This document shows positions 17,258 to 29,881 of a stretch of DNA of 64,000 bases, piece by piece. Position 1 is the first letter of the stretch; each line of letters starts with the position of its first letter. A program made the translations under genes and the position numbers. The notes under the pieces are model-generated. The model saw only the letters and a list, made by a program, of their open reading frames with translations, was not told the origin of the DNA and made no database searches. Source of the stretch: Enterococcus sulfureus ATCC 49903 (GTDB lineage: Bacteria; Bacillota; Bacilli; Lactobacillales; Enterococcaceae); assembly GCF_000407605.1 (NCBI RefSeq), contig NZ_ASWO01000005.1:563227-627226 (forward strand), given 5' to 3'.

Positions 17258-19534
17258 TTATAAACGGTCGTGAGAGGTACGTGCGATTACGTCTGCTTGT
17301 TGTTCCGGTGTTAAATCACGGAATTTCACGGCATAACCAGAAACACGAATCGTTAAGTTTGGATATTTTTCAGGATGTGCTTGCGCATCTAACAATAATT
17401 CATTTGTAAAGACGTTCACGTTGATATGGTAACCACCTTTATCAAAGTAACCATCTAAAACGTTACGTAAGTTGTTGATACGTGTCATATCATCTTTACC
17501 TAACCCATTAGGATTGATGGTTTGCGTATTTGATATACCATCTAATGCGTGTGAATACTCTAAACGTGCAGTTGAATTTAATGAAGCTAATAACCCATGT
17601 TTTTCACCTAAGAATTTACCATCTTGATAACTTGGGTTTGCTCCTGGTGCTAATGGTTGGCCCGCACGACGTCCATCTGGTGTATTCCCAGTTGCTTTAC
17701 CATAGACCACATTTGATGTGATCGTAAGTAATGAAGTCGTTGGTGTTGAATTGCGATACGTATGTTGACGTTTGATTTGTGTCATGAAGTAATCTAAGAT
17801 CCAGTTGGCCATTTGATCAGCTTCAGCATTGTCATTTCCGTATGTTGGGAATTCATTTTGTGGTACATAATCCACAGCCAAGCCTTCTTCATCACGAATC
17901 ACTTTTACGTTACCGTGTTTGATCGCCATGATACTATCTGTTGCGTGAGAGATTCCAGCGATCCCTGTTGCAAATGTACGTTTCAAGTCAGAATCCATTA
18001 AGGCCAATTGTGCTGCTTCATAAGCATATTTATCATGCATGTAATGGATCACGTTCAATGTATTCACATACAATTCAGCTAACCAATCTAATGTTTGTTT
18101 GAAGCTTTCCATAAATTCATCAAAGTCGATTTCTTCACCAGTCAATGGACGGTATTTTGGTCCAACTTGCATTTTGGTTTTTTCATCGACACAACCATTG
18201 ATCGCATACAATACCGCTTTAGCTAAGTTTGCACGTGCGCCAAAGAATTGCATATCTTTTCCGACAACTGTTGCCGATACACAACATGCAATTGCGCAAT
18301 CATCTGAACCCCATTTTTCACGTAATAAGTCATCATTTTCAAATTGAATCGATGAACTTTCTTTCGCAATACGGGCTGCAAATGTACGGAAACCTTCAGG
18401 TAAGTGTGAAGAATACAATACTGTTAAGTTTGGTTCTGGTGATGGTCCCATATTGATCAAGGTGTGTAAGATACGGAAGTCATTTTTTGTGACTAATGAA
18501 CGACCGTCAATTCCCATACCAGCTACACATAATGTTGCCCAAATTGGATAACCTGAGAACAATTGGTTGTAATCTGGTGTACGGGCAAATTTCACCATAC
18601 GTAATTTCATAATCAAATGATCGATCATTTCTTGTGCTTCAAATTCAGTGATCACACCACGATCTAAATCGCGTTGGATATAAATATCTAAGAAAGCTGA
18701 GATACGTCCGATTGACATCGCCGCACCATTTTGAGATTTGATCGCCCCTAAATAACCAAAGTATAACCATTGGATCGCTTCTTGCGCATTTTCAGCCGGA
18801 CGTGAAATATCAAATCCATATGAAGCGGCCATTGTTTTTAAGTCATTTAATGCACGATATTGTTCTGAGATTTCTTCACGTAAGCGAATCACATCGTCAG
18901 TCATCACTTTGTTTCCGCAGTTCTCATGATCTTTTTTCTTTTGTTCCATCAAGAAATCGATTCCGTATAAGGCTACACGACGATAGTCCCCAATGATACG
19001 TCCACGTCCATATGCATCTGGAAGTCCAGTAATGATTTTGTTTTTACGTGCTAAACGCATTTCCGGAGTATACGCATCAAATACGCCTTGGTTATGGGTT
19101 TTACGCCAGTCCGTAAAGATTTTTGTCATTTCAGCATCGACTTCATAGCCATTTGCGGTTAACGCATTATTCGCCATTTTGATTCCGCCAAATGGTTGGA
19201 AGGCTTGTTTTAATGGAACATCAGTTTGTAATCCAACGATTTTTTCCTCGTCTTTAATTAAATATCCAGGTCCATGAGAAGTCAACGTAGATGGAATGTT
19301 GTTGTCCATATCATACACACCATTTTTTTGATGTTGTACTTCAAATAGTTCTTGTAATTTGTTCCATAATTTTTCAGTACTAGGTGCGATTGGTTCTAAA
19401 AATTGATCGTCACCACGGTATTCAGTGTAGTTTTTTTGGATGAAGTCACGTGTGTTCACTTCAACTTGCCATTCTCCACCTTTAAATCCGTCCCATGCTT
19501 TTGTTGTTTCTGTATTGGTCATTTCCATTGTCAT
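17258..19534 (-). CDS. pflB: formate C-acetyltransferase (pyruvate formate-lyase)
   Basis: 758 aa. The C-terminus carries the glycyl radical motif RVSGYAV. Active-site CC is present (ACCVS). Confidence 0.9.
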   Translation of the reverse strand: MTMEMTNTETTKAWDGFKGGEWQVEVNTRDFIQKNYTEYRGDDQFLEPIAPSTEKLWNKLQELFEVQHQKNGVYDMDNNIPSTLTSHGPGYLIKDEEKIVGLQTDVPLKQAFQPFGGIKMANNALTANGYEVDAEMTKIFTDWRKTHNQGVFDAYTPEMRLARKNKIITGLPDAYGRGRIIGDYRRVALYGIDFLMEQKKKDHENCGNKVMTDDVIRLREEISEQYRALNDLKTMAASYGFDISRPAENAQEAIQWLYFGYLGAIKSQNGAAMSIGRISAFLDIYIQRDLDRGVITEFEAQEMIDHLIMKLRMVKFARTPDYNQLFSGYPIWATLCVAGMGIDGRSLVTKNDFRILHTLINMGPSPEPNLTVLYSSHLPEGFRTFAARIAKESSSIQFENDDLLREKWGSDDCAIACCVSATVVGKDMQFFGARANLAKAVLYAINGCVDEKTKMQVGPKYRPLTGEEIDFDEFMESFKQTLDWLAELYVNTLNVIHYMHDKYAYEAAQLALMDSDLKRTFATGIAGISHATDSIMAIKHGNVKVIRDEEGLAVDYVPQNEFPTYGNDNAEADQMANWILDYFMTQIKRQHTYRNSTPTTSLLTITSNVVYGKATGNTPDGRRAGQPLAPGANPSYQDGKFLGEKHGLLASLNSTARLEYSHALDGISNTQTINPNGLGKDDMTRINNLRNVLDGYFDKGGYHINVNVFTNELLLDAQAHPEKYPNLTIRVSGYAVKFRDLTPEQQADVIARTSHDRL

Positions 19535-19714
19535 CTACGGTTCCTCCTTTTGATGTTGTTACTACAACAACTTTACAAAAATAGTATAACACATCACAAT
19601 CTTTATGCAAGTGTTTTCAGTCTTTAAAATCCCGTAAAATCAACTATGTGACAAAAACGTTCGTACATATAGAGTAGAAAAGGATTTTTATTGTGAAAAA
19701 AATACTTATATTTT

Positions 19715-19770
19715 AAGAAAAAGTAAAACACATCTACAAACTGTACTGAAACAGTTCGTAGATGTGTTTT
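19715..19770 (-). terminator. intrinsic terminator after parC
   Basis: 19-bp stem AAAACACATCTACAAACTG / CAGTTCGTAGATGTGTTTT followed by a T-run on the minus strand. Confidence 0.6.
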
Positions 19771-19785
19771 AAAAAAATATAACAG

Positions 19786-22221
19786 TTACTCTACTTCATG
19801 GATATGAACTTGAGTAACGAGACCCCCATCTTTTTCATTTAAAATAAAGGATCCATTTGACTGTCGATCCGTAATCGGATAGTGGACAGCCATCACCTCA
19901 AGCTGGTCGCCTTTTTGATTGATGACTTGTAGACCAACTTCGCCTAAAGCCATTCCCACAACACGATGCGCTTGTTTCTTTAATTCTCTAAAGACCATCA
20001 ATCCTCGTTGAGCACGAGCGGTAGCAGGGATTTCTTGAGCAATCATTCGCTTTAATGCCCCGCGTTGCGTCACATACGTCACAGGTGTTTGATCTAGTGG
20101 ATCAATCAAGCTAGCACCTACTACATAATCTTCTGCTTTAAGATTCACCGACTTCACACCGGCAGCTTTTGCGCCTAAGACAGGGATATCTTTTAGAGGA
20201 TATCGTAGTGCAAACGCTTGATGTGTCGTTAAATAAGCATCGAGTGTATCACTTGGTTGCGTTGAAAATACCCCAATCAGTTCGTCTGCTTTATCTTTAA
20301 ATTTGATCATCGTTTGTGAACGTGTCTTATACGTTCGCCATGGAGAAAACTCGGTTTGCAAAGTTTGTTTCGTATATCCATCTTTAGTAAAGAGTACAAA
20401 CGTAGCATTTTCTGTAAATTCGCGATACGCAAACACCTGAAAAATCGTCTCTTCGATCTCTAGATTTGTAATCATTTGGGAAATATGTTCGCCAACTTCT
20501 TTAAACCGCAGTTCTGGTAACTCATGAACCGGTCGATAGATCACATTGCCTTTATTGGTCACAAGTAATAAATGATCCAACGTATTGGCTTGCGCTTGGT
20601 AGACAACATAATCGCCATCTTTCATTCCAGTGTCTTCACCATTTGATGCACTATAAGAACGCAAGCTGCTTCGTTTCATATAGCCTTCATGCGTAATCGT
20701 GACCATAACATCTTCTTGTGCAACAAGCACTTCTGTATCGATGGTGATTTCTGTGATTTCTTTTTCGATGGTCGTCACACGTGGCGTACCATATTTTTTC
20801 TTGACTTCACGTAATTCTTGTTTCATGAGTTTGAATAACTCTTCTTTATGTTGGATGATTTTTTCTAATTTTGCAATCGTCACAGCGAGTTCTTCTGCTT
20901 CTTTGTTTAATTGCGTAATATCCGTATTCGTCAAACGATATAACTGTAAGGTCACAATCGCTTCTGCTTGCTCACTCGTAAAGGCATGCATCATCACCAA
21001 ATTGTTTTTTGCATCTTTTTTATCTTTACTTTGGCGAATGGTCTCGATGACTTGATCTAAAATCGATAGTGCTTTGATCAGACCTTCTACGATATGCTGG
21101 CGTGTTAACGCTTTTTGTAGTTCGTACTGACTGCGTTTTAAGATAACAGATTGTCGATGCTCCACATAACTTGCGAGCATGCGTTTGATCCCAACTTGTT
21201 GCGGACGCATCTTATCGATTGCTACAATATTAAAGTTGTAATTGATTTGCAAATCAGTATTTTTGAATAAGTAGTTTAAAATCCCTTGTGCATTGGCTTC
21301 TTTTTTTAATTCAACCACGATTTGTAACCCTGTTCGATCGCTCTCATCACGCACTTCAGCGATCCCATCTACTTTTTTATTTAAACGGATCTCATCCATT
21401 TTTTTCACCAATGAAGCTTTATTCACTTCATAAGGGATTTCTGAGATCACGATTTGCTGTTTTCCACCTTTAATTTCTTGAATCTCCGTTTTTGAACGAA
21501 CGATTGCTTTTCCACGGCCAGTTTCATAAGCTTTTTTGATTTCATCTGCTCCTTGTAAAATCCCACCAGTTGGAAAATCAGGTCCTGGAATAAACTGAAT
21601 CAAATCGTCCACACTAGCTTCAGGATGATCAATTAGATAAATCGTGCCATCGATGACTTCGCTTAAGTTATGTGTTGGAATTTCAGTGGCATACCCTGCG
21701 GAGATCCCTGTAGAACCATTAACCAATAAATTAGGAAATTTAGCAGGCAATACTGTCGGTTCTTTTTCTGTATCGTCAAAGTTCCAAACAAAATCGACTG
21801 TTTCTTTTTCAATATCTTTTAATAGTTCTCCACTGACTTCAGATAATCGTGCCTCGGTATACCGCATCGCAGCAGGTGGATCCCCATCCATACTTCCGTT
21901 ATTTCCATGCATTTCAATTAATACGTTACGCAATTTCCAATCCTGACTCATGCGAACCATTGCTTCATAAATACTACTGTCTCCATGCGGATGATAATTC
22001 CCCATAATATTTCCGACTGACTTCGCTGATTTACGGAAACTTTTTTCGTGTGTATTTCCATCTTGATTCATTGCAAATAAAATACGACGTTGCACAGGTT
22101 TTAATCCATCACGAATATCAGGTAGTGCACGTTCTTGGATAATATATTTTGAATAGCGACCAAAACGGTCCCCCATTACTTCTTCTAATGTCAATTCCTG
22201 AATATTTTGTCCGTGTTCCAA
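19786..22221 (-). CDS. parC: DNA topoisomerase IV subunit A
   Basis: QRDR YHPHGDSSIYEAMVRM. The window contains a separate GyrB-like partner gene immediately upstream. TTG start with RBS GGAG. Confidence 0.9.
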   Translation of the reverse strand: MEHGQNIQELTLEEVMGDRFGRYSKYIIQERALPDIRDGLKPVQRRILFAMNQDGNTHEKSFRKSAKSVGNIMGNYHPHGDSSIYEAMVRMSQDWKLRNVLIEMHGNNGSMDGDPPAAMRYTEARLSEVSGELLKDIEKETVDFVWNFDDTEKEPTVLPAKFPNLLVNGSTGISAGYATEIPTHNLSEVIDGTIYLIDHPEASVDDLIQFIPGPDFPTGGILQGADEIKKAYETGRGKAIVRSKTEIQEIKGGKQQIVISEIPYEVNKASLVKKMDEIRLNKKVDGIAEVRDESDRTGLQIVVELKKEANAQGILNYLFKNTDLQINYNFNIVAIDKMRPQQVGIKRMLASYVEHRQSVILKRSQYELQKALTRQHIVEGLIKALSILDQVIETIRQSKDKKDAKNNLVMMHAFTSEQAEAIVTLQLYRLTNTDITQLNKEAEELAVTIAKLEKIIQHKEELFKLMKQELREVKKKYGTPRVTTIEKEITEITIDTEVLVAQEDVMVTITHEGYMKRSSLRSYSASNGEDTGMKDGDYVVYQAQANTLDHLLLVTNKGNVIYRPVHELPELRFKEVGEHISQMITNLEIEETIFQVFAYREFTENATFVLFTKDGYTKQTLQTEFSPWRTYKTRSQTMIKFKDKADELIGVFSTQPSDTLDAYLTTHQAFALRYPLKDIPVLGAKAAGVKSVNLKAEDYVVGASLIDPLDQTPVTYVTQRGALKRMIAQEIPATARAQRGLMVFRELKKQAHRVVGMALGEVGLQVINQKGDQLEVMAVHYPITDRQSNGSFILNEKDGGLVTQVHIHEVE

Positions 22222-22259
22222 GAAATCAACTCCTATTCTTCAACTAAACTTGACTCACT

Positions 22260-24281
<2,022 letters not shown>

Positions 24282-24435
24282 CTATATGAAAATCTCTAAA
24301 AAGAAAAGTCTCAAAGCTATTTTTTTTTGACAATTTGATCAGATGCTTAGGTTTTAATGAAAAATTTTAGGAATAATTGTTGTTCCGTGCATTTCGTGAT
24401 AAAATTCTGCTAGGTCAATAAGAAAGTGGGATATT

Positions 24436-25068
24436 ATGACAATTATTCTTTTATTCATTTGTGCATATCTTTTAGGTTCCATTCCTTCTGGTGTATGGAT
24501 TGGACAATTATTTTTTCATAAAGACATTCGAAAATTTGGTAGTGGGAATATGGGTACAACAAACACCTTTCGTGTTCTAGGCCCTATCGCTGGAACAATC
24601 GTGCTGTTCATGGATATTTTAAAAGGGACACTGGCCACGCTATTGCCTAGCTTTTTTGGGTTCACGGCCATCAATCCTTTATGGTTTGGTGTTTGTGCGA
24701 TTTTAGGGCATACTTTCCCGATATTTGCAAAATTCAAAGGAGGCAAAGCTGTTGCAACGAGTGCAGGGATGATTTTAGCGTATAATCCCTTATTCTTTGC
24801 TTATTCAACAGTAATTTTTCTTATTTGTTTATTTTGCACTAGTATGGTGAGTTTAACGAGTATGATCGCTGCGGTTTTAATTACCTTCTCTACTATTTTA
24901 TTACCACTACTTCATACGCCGATTCTACCAACGTTTAATTGGTTACTTACAGTCATCGCATGCGGCGTCACAGTATTTATTTTTTATCGTCATAAAGCAA
25001 ATATCGCACGGATCAAAGCTGGAACAGAAAGCCGAATTCCTTTTGGTTTGCGTAAACAAAAAAAATAA
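24436..25068 (+). CDS. plsY: glycerol-3-phosphate acyltransferase PlsY
   Basis: 210 aa membrane protein with GSGNMGTTN and FKGGKAVATSAG motifs. Confidence 0.9.
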   Translation: MTIILLFICAYLLGSIPSGVWIGQLFFHKDIRKFGSGNMGTTNTFRVLGPIAGTIVLFMDILKGTLATLLPSFFGFTAINPLWFGVCAILGHTFPIFAKFKGGKAVATSAGMILAYNPLFFAYSTVIFLICLFCTSMVSLTSMIAAVLITFSTILLPLLHTPILPTFNWLLTVIACGVTVFIFYRHKANIARIKAGTESRIPFGLRKQKK

Positions 25069-25114
25069 GCTTTTCCCTCAATGTTCAAGCGAACTTGAGG
25101 GGAAAGCTTTTTTA
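25067..25114. terminator. bidirectional intrinsic terminator
   Basis: AAGCTTTTCCCTCAA...TTGAGGGGAAAGCTTTTTT. Confidence 0.6.
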
Positions 25115-25987
25115 ATACACACTAATTGTATAACTCGTATCAAACACCTCATCATGAGCTAAGGTTTGGATCCCTAATTTTTTTGAAAAATCACCTGTCG
25201 TATCAACAGTATCCGCTATTCCTGCCCATGGCTCTAAACAAACAAAGTTGGATTCCACAGGTGAAGTCGACCAAACCCCGAAATAAGGTAAGTCTGTATA
25301 CGATACCGTAACGCCGTGTGGAGAACTGTCCGAACGAATCGAAAAAGCTGTTTTGCCTTTCGTTTCGAAAATCAGCGCATCTTCTTTAAATAGATCATGA
25401 GTTAAATCAATCGCCGTATTCGTTTGACCAAGTGTTTTATGTTCTAGATCGATCAAGTCGTCTTTTAATGGTAAAAACGTACGTGATTTTAATGGTTCAG
25501 ACACCAAATAATAATCTTCAAACGCTAAAGAAGGATCAACGGGAACATTAAAGGCTGGATGTCCACCAACAGAAAAATGTAGTGTCTGTTGCGAAGGATT
25601 TTCAATGTGATACTGTACTGTCAATTGGTTATCCACTAACGTATACAACACGTCTAAACAAAACGCAAAAGGATACATTTTCTTGGTTTCTGCTGTATCA
25701 GTCAATCGAAAACGAGCGTGTTGTTCCGTGCATTCCATCACCTGAAATTCTTGATCTCGTGCAAATCCATGACGTGGCAATGTATATACTTCTTCACCCA
25801 CTTTATACTCGTTATGTTTCAACGTCCCTACGATTGGAAATAATATTGGTGCATGCCGTCCCCAATGTGTCGGATCTGCTTGCCACATGTATTCCAGTGC
25901 GTTTTCTTTATCTAAAAAATGATGGATTTCAGCACCAAGTGTATCGATTTGTACTTGGTAGCGTGTATTTTCTAACGTGACCTTCAT
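25112..25987 (-). CDS. aldose 1-epimerase family protein (LacX/galactose mutarotase-like)
   Basis: ~290 aa beta-sandwich family. Start taken at MKVTLEN (RBS GGAGG). Confidence 0.7.
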   Translation of the reverse strand: MKVTLENTRYQVQIDTLGAEIHHFLDKENALEYMWQADPTHWGRHAPILFPIVGTLKHNEYKVGEEVYTLPRHGFARDQEFQVMECTEQHARFRLTDTAETKKMYPFAFCLDVLYTLVDNQLTVQYHIENPSQQTLHFSVGGHPAFNVPVDPSLAFEDYYLVSEPLKSRTFLPLKDDLIDLEHKTLGQTNTAIDLTHDLFKEDALIFETKGKTAFSIRSDSSPHGVTVSYTDLPYFGVWSTSPVESNFVCLEPWAGIADTVDTTGDFSKKLGIQTLAHDEVFDTSYTISVY

Positions 25988-26002
25988 CGACTCTACCTCC
26001 AA

Positions 26003-26788
26003 TTATGAACGTGCAAGTTCTTCTTTGAATCTTGGATTTAACACTTTTAGATACGTCCCTTTCATGCCGAGTGAACGAGATTCAATGATGCCAGCTGATT
26101 CTAATTTCCGCAACGCATTCACAATAACAGAACGAGTGATCCCGATCTCATCTGCAATACTAGAAGCTGTCAGACGACCTTCATCTCCATCCAGTTCATC
26201 AAAAATCGCTTGTACAGCTTTTAATTCACTGTAGGACAACGTGCTGATCGCCATTTGGACCGAAGTCGCACTGCGAATTTCTTCTTCGATCGTGCGAGAT
26301 TGTTGGTATAAAAATTGCATTCCCACAACTGTTGCACTGTATTCAGCTAATACTAGATCTTCGTCGCTAAATGTTTTTTCAACACGCGACAAGATAATTG
26401 TTCCTAAACGCTCTCCTGCACCAAAAATTGGAACTACAGTCGTTAACCCATTTGGATACAGTTCACGACTTTCGATTGGAAAAGCAGTCATGTCACTGCT
26501 AATTGGAATATTGGATTCCGTTTGTGACAGTTGATCGACCATATCGGTATATCGGTCCGGAAATTGTTTTTCCACTAACATATTTTTCACACGATCATTA
26601 TTAAAATCATGTTGTTCTGTAAAGCCTAATAAAGAGCCATTGCTACTAATAATATACGTATTGCTATCTAAAATTGACCCCAAGCTATGCGCCATTTGGT
26701 TGTAAGGTAGATCGGCATGTACACGAAATGTATTTTTTTGTTGCAATAATTCATTAATGCGACGTGTTTTATCTAACAGTCTCTCCAT
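26003..26788 (-). CDS. codY: GTP/BCAA-sensing global repressor CodY
   Basis: 261 aa with the C-terminal wHTH ASSIADEIGITRSVIVNALRKLESAGII. Confidence 0.9.
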   Translation of the reverse strand: MERLLDKTRRINELLQQKNTFRVHADLPYNQMAHSLGSILDSNTYIISSNGSLLGFTEQHDFNNDRVKNMLVEKQFPDRYTDMVDQLSQTESNIPISSDMTAFPIESRELYPNGLTTVVPIFGAGERLGTIILSRVEKTFSDEDLVLAEYSATVVGMQFLYQQSRTIEEEIRSATSVQMAISTLSYSELKAVQAIFDELDGDEGRLTASSIADEIGITRSVIVNALRKLESAGIIESRSLGMKGTYLKVLNPRFKEELARS

Positions 26789-26804
26789 CGTTTTCCCCTC
26801 TCAC

Positions 26805-28208
26805 CTATAAAATATAGCGGCTTAGATCTTCATCTTGTGCAATATCATTTAATTTTTCATTTACATAGGCTTCTGTGATTGTAATCTCAGCCATTTGCAT
26901 GTCAGAAGCTTCAAATAATAAGTCTTCTAATAGTTTTTCTAAAATCGTATGCAAACGACGAGCGCCGATATTATCTGTTTCTTGATTGACTTGATACGCA
27001 ATATGGGCAATGCGTTCAATTGCTTCCATTGTAAAGGTTACAGAAACATCTTCTGTTGCAAGTAATGCTACATACTGCTTAATTAAAGCGTTATTAGGTT
27101 CTGTCAAAATCTTAACAAAGTCTTCTGTCGTCAAATCATCTAATTCGACACGAATTGGGAAACGTCCTTGTAATTCCGGAATCAAATCACTTGGTTTTGA
27201 CAAATGGAACGCACCTGAGGCAACAAATAAGATATGGTCTGTATTGATGACGCCATATTTCGTGTTGACTTGCGATCCTTCCACGATTGGCAGAATATCA
27301 CGTTGGACACCTTCGCGTGACACTTCACCAGAATTGCTTTGTGATTTTGATGTGATTTTATCAATTTCATCAATAAAGATAATACCGCTTGATTGTGCTA
27401 ATTTGATGGCTGCACTATGAATATCCGCATCGTTGACTAGTTTAGCCGATTCTTCTTGAATCAACAATTCGCGAGCTTCTTTTACGCTAAGTGTGCGTTC
27501 AATTTTTTTGCTTGGCTTTAACGCACCTAGAGTTTCATTTAAATCGATTCCCATTTGTTCCAATCCATTGTTCATCGCAGGCGCTTGAACTTTTGGCTCT
27601 TCGATTTTAATGGTCACTTCACGATCATCTAACACGCCACGTTCTAACTGTTCAAAGATCGCTTGACGATTTGAACGAATCTCATCTGTCAATTCTTCTT
27701 TTGGTTCTTCCGTTTGTTGCGTTGCGTTAAACATACTCATCATTTGCTCGTAAGGATTTGTACTTGCTTGTTTTTGTTCTTTTTTAATTCCTGGAACAAG
27801 TGCTTTCACTAAACGGCGATTGGCTTTTTTAGAAGCTTGTGCATAGACGCTGTCGTATTGTTCTTTTTTCACTAATTGGATCGCATGTTCTACTAAGTCA
27901 CGAACCATCGATTCTACGTCGCGTCCTACGTATCCCACTTCGGTAAATTTAGTCGCTTCGACTTTCACAAAGGGTGCAGAAACGATTTTTGCCAAACGAC
28001 GAGCGATTTCTGTTTTCCCAACCCCAGTAGGTCCGATCATTAAAATATTTTTTGGTGTCACATCATGTTGCATTTGTTCATCTAATTGCAAACGACGGTA
28101 GCGATTACGTAAAGCTACAGCAACTGATTTTTTTGCTTGGTGTTGTCCAATAATATACTCATCTAAATCTTTGACAATTTCTTTTGGTGATTTCGCTTGA
28201 TTCATCAT
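26805..28208 (-). CDS. hslU: ATP-dependent protease ATPase subunit HslU
   Basis: AAA+ Walker A GPTGVGKT and the HslU I-domain. Confidence 0.9.
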   Translation of the reverse strand: MMNQAKSPKEIVKDLDEYIIGQHQAKKSVAVALRNRYRRLQLDEQMQHDVTPKNILMIGPTGVGKTEIARRLAKIVSAPFVKVEATKFTEVGYVGRDVESMVRDLVEHAIQLVKKEQYDSVYAQASKKANRRLVKALVPGIKKEQKQASTNPYEQMMSMFNATQQTEEPKEELTDEIRSNRQAIFEQLERGVLDDREVTIKIEEPKVQAPAMNNGLEQMGIDLNETLGALKPSKKIERTLSVKEARELLIQEESAKLVNDADIHSAAIKLAQSSGIIFIDEIDKITSKSQSNSGEVSREGVQRDILPIVEGSQVNTKYGVINTDHILFVASGAFHLSKPSDLIPELQGRFPIRVELDDLTTEDFVKILTEPNNALIKQYVALLATEDVSVTFTMEAIERIAHIAYQVNQETDNIGARRLHTILEKLLEDLLFEASDMQMAEITITEAYVNEKLNDIAQDEDLSRYIL

Positions 28209-28209
28209 A

Positions 28210-28752
28210 TTAAAATTCCTCTACTATAATATTGTGGTTGGTGAATACGCAGATATCCGCTGCGATATTTAAGGCGTTGCGTGCAATCTCTGTCGCATTT
28301 AATTCGCCACCGTATTCCTTCATCGCACGTGCAGCCGCCAAAGCGTAATTTCCGCCTGATCCGATAGCTAAAATACCATCATCAGGGGCAATCACTTCGC
28401 CCGTTCCAGAAACAAGTAACATTTCTTTTTCATTCATGACGATCAACATCGCTTCTAATTTTTGCATCGCTTGTTGTGTGCGCCATTCTTGTGCAAGTTC
28501 TACTGCTGCACGTTGTAAATTCCCATTGTATTCATTTAGTTTGCCTTCAAATTTTTCTTCTAGTGTAAACGCATCGGCAACACTTCCAGCAAAGCCTACG
28601 ACTACTTGATTATTGTAGATACGACGAACTTTACGGGCAGTTCCTTTCATGACGATTTGTTCACCCATAGTGACTTGGCCGTCTCCAGCCATTGCAAATT
28701 TACCATCTTTTTCGACAGCACAGATTGTTGTAGAATGAAATTCTGATTTCAT
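28210..28752 (-). CDS. hslV: ATP-dependent protease subunit HslV
   Basis: N-terminal TTICAV (Thr nucleophile) and ~175 aa length. Confidence 0.9.
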   Translation of the reverse strand: MKSEFHSTTICAVEKDGKFAMAGDGQVTMGEQIVMKGTARKVRRIYNNQVVVGFAGSVADAFTLEEKFEGKLNEYNGNLQRAAVELAQEWRTQQAMQKLEAMLIVMNEKEMLLVSGTGEVIAPDDGILAIGSGGNYALAAARAMKEYGGELNATEIARNALNIAADICVFTNHNIIVEEF

Positions 28753-28767
28753 AAATAGATACTCCTT

Positions 28768-29667
28768 TTATTTGGCACGTGGATGGAATTGACGATAATT
28801 TTGTTGTAACGTCTCTTTTGTCACATGTGCATAGATTTGTGTTGTAGATAGATTACTATGTCCTAATAATTCTTGCACGGTTCGCATATCTGCACCGTTA
28901 TTTAATAAATGAGTCGCAAAAGTATGACGTAACTTATGCGGATGGATCTCGCTATCGAGGTGACTCTTTTTTAATAGTTGTGTCAAAATATAATCGATCC
29001 CTGCTGTGGTGAGACCTTTTGCGCGATGATTCACGAAAAATAGCGTATGCTCTTCGTGATAATGTGCGCATAACCAAGCGCGACCTTGTGTTTCATAGGT
29101 TTGCATCGCATGCTTGGCATGATCATTAAACGGAACGATTCGTTCTTTGTTTCCTTTTCCGATCACTTTAAGCACTTGCATTGTATAATCGATCGCATCT
29201 ACACGTAATGAGGCACACTCACTCACCCGTAAACCACACCCGTATAAGACTTCTAATAAAGCTAAATTCCGTTGATCTAAGGGTTCTGTTCCCTGTACGC
29301 TATCAAATAACGTTTGGATCTCGTCTTCGTAAAAGAAACGTGGCAATTTTGGTGTCTTCTTTTTGAGTTGCAAGTACGTAAACGGATTTTCAGCAATTAC
29401 TTGTTGTCGCAACAAGTACTGATAAAATGAGCGTAAACTTGCGATCTTACGACTAATACTATTGCGACTATAGCCTTGCTCAGATAATTTACTCAAATAA
29501 ATTCGAACATCGCGATATTCCACTTGCGTATAGTCTGACAAATGAATTTCGTTTAAAAATACTTGGAATTGTACAAAATCTTCCGTATATGCAGCTTTAG
29601 TTTTTTCTGAATAGCCCCGTTCAACCGTTAAATAACGGCTAAACTGTGCAAACCAATCTTGACTCAT
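28768..29667 (-). CDS. xerC: tyrosine recombinase XerC (chromosome dimer resolution)
   Basis: R..HxxR..Y catalytic residues (HKLRHTFATHLL, Y in QIYAH). It is the first gene of the xerC-hslVU-codY operon, so it is not a mobile-element integrase. Confidence 0.85.
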   Translation of the reverse strand: MSQDWFAQFSRYLTVERGYSEKTKAAYTEDFVQFQVFLNEIHLSDYTQVEYRDVRIYLSKLSEQGYSRNSISRKIASLRSFYQYLLRQQVIAENPFTYLQLKKKTPKLPRFFYEDEIQTLFDSVQGTEPLDQRNLALLEVLYGCGLRVSECASLRVDAIDYTMQVLKVIGKGNKERIVPFNDHAKHAMQTYETQGRAWLCAHYHEEHTLFFVNHRAKGLTTAGIDYILTQLLKKSHLDSEIHPHKLRHTFATHLLNNGADMRTVQELLGHSNLSTTQIYAHVTKETLQQNYRQFHPRAK

Positions 29668-29842
29668 GTCCTAGCCTCATTCCTTTGCTAAATCACGTTT
29701 GGTTACACTTACATTTCAAACGGTTGATTAAAATTTAGCACAGTCTTTCTTAAAAAACAAATGAATTGTCAGAATTTAATAAATTGTTCAAAATTCCTTT
29801 ACAATTCTGAATATTAGCAGAAAATTCTCTCATATTTTTTTA

Positions 29843-29878
29843 ACAAAAAACGTGCAACTGAATGATTCAGTTGCACGT
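29843..29878 (-). terminator. intrinsic terminator after the FemAB-family gene
   Basis: CGTGCAACTGAAT...ATTCAGTTGCACG followed by T6. Confidence 0.6.
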
Positions 29879-29881
29879 CGT

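Noticed and set aside
19676-19720. 7-codon ORF with RBS (VKKILIF) in the pflB-parC intergenic region
   Set aside because: It is too short to evaluate and no conservation can be checked here. I mention it only as a curiosity in the pflB leader finding.
28768-29667. Tyrosine recombinase as a possible integrase of a mobile element
   Set aside because: It is the first gene of the conserved xerC-hslV-hslU-codY operon with no att-like repeats or phage genes nearby. It is a chromosomal dimer-resolution XerC.
29761-29817. 18-codon ORF MNCQNLINCSKFLYNSEY in the xerC upstream region
   Set aside because: It has no RBS. It coincides with the AT-rich CodY-box-like dyads and is more plausibly regulatory DNA than coding.
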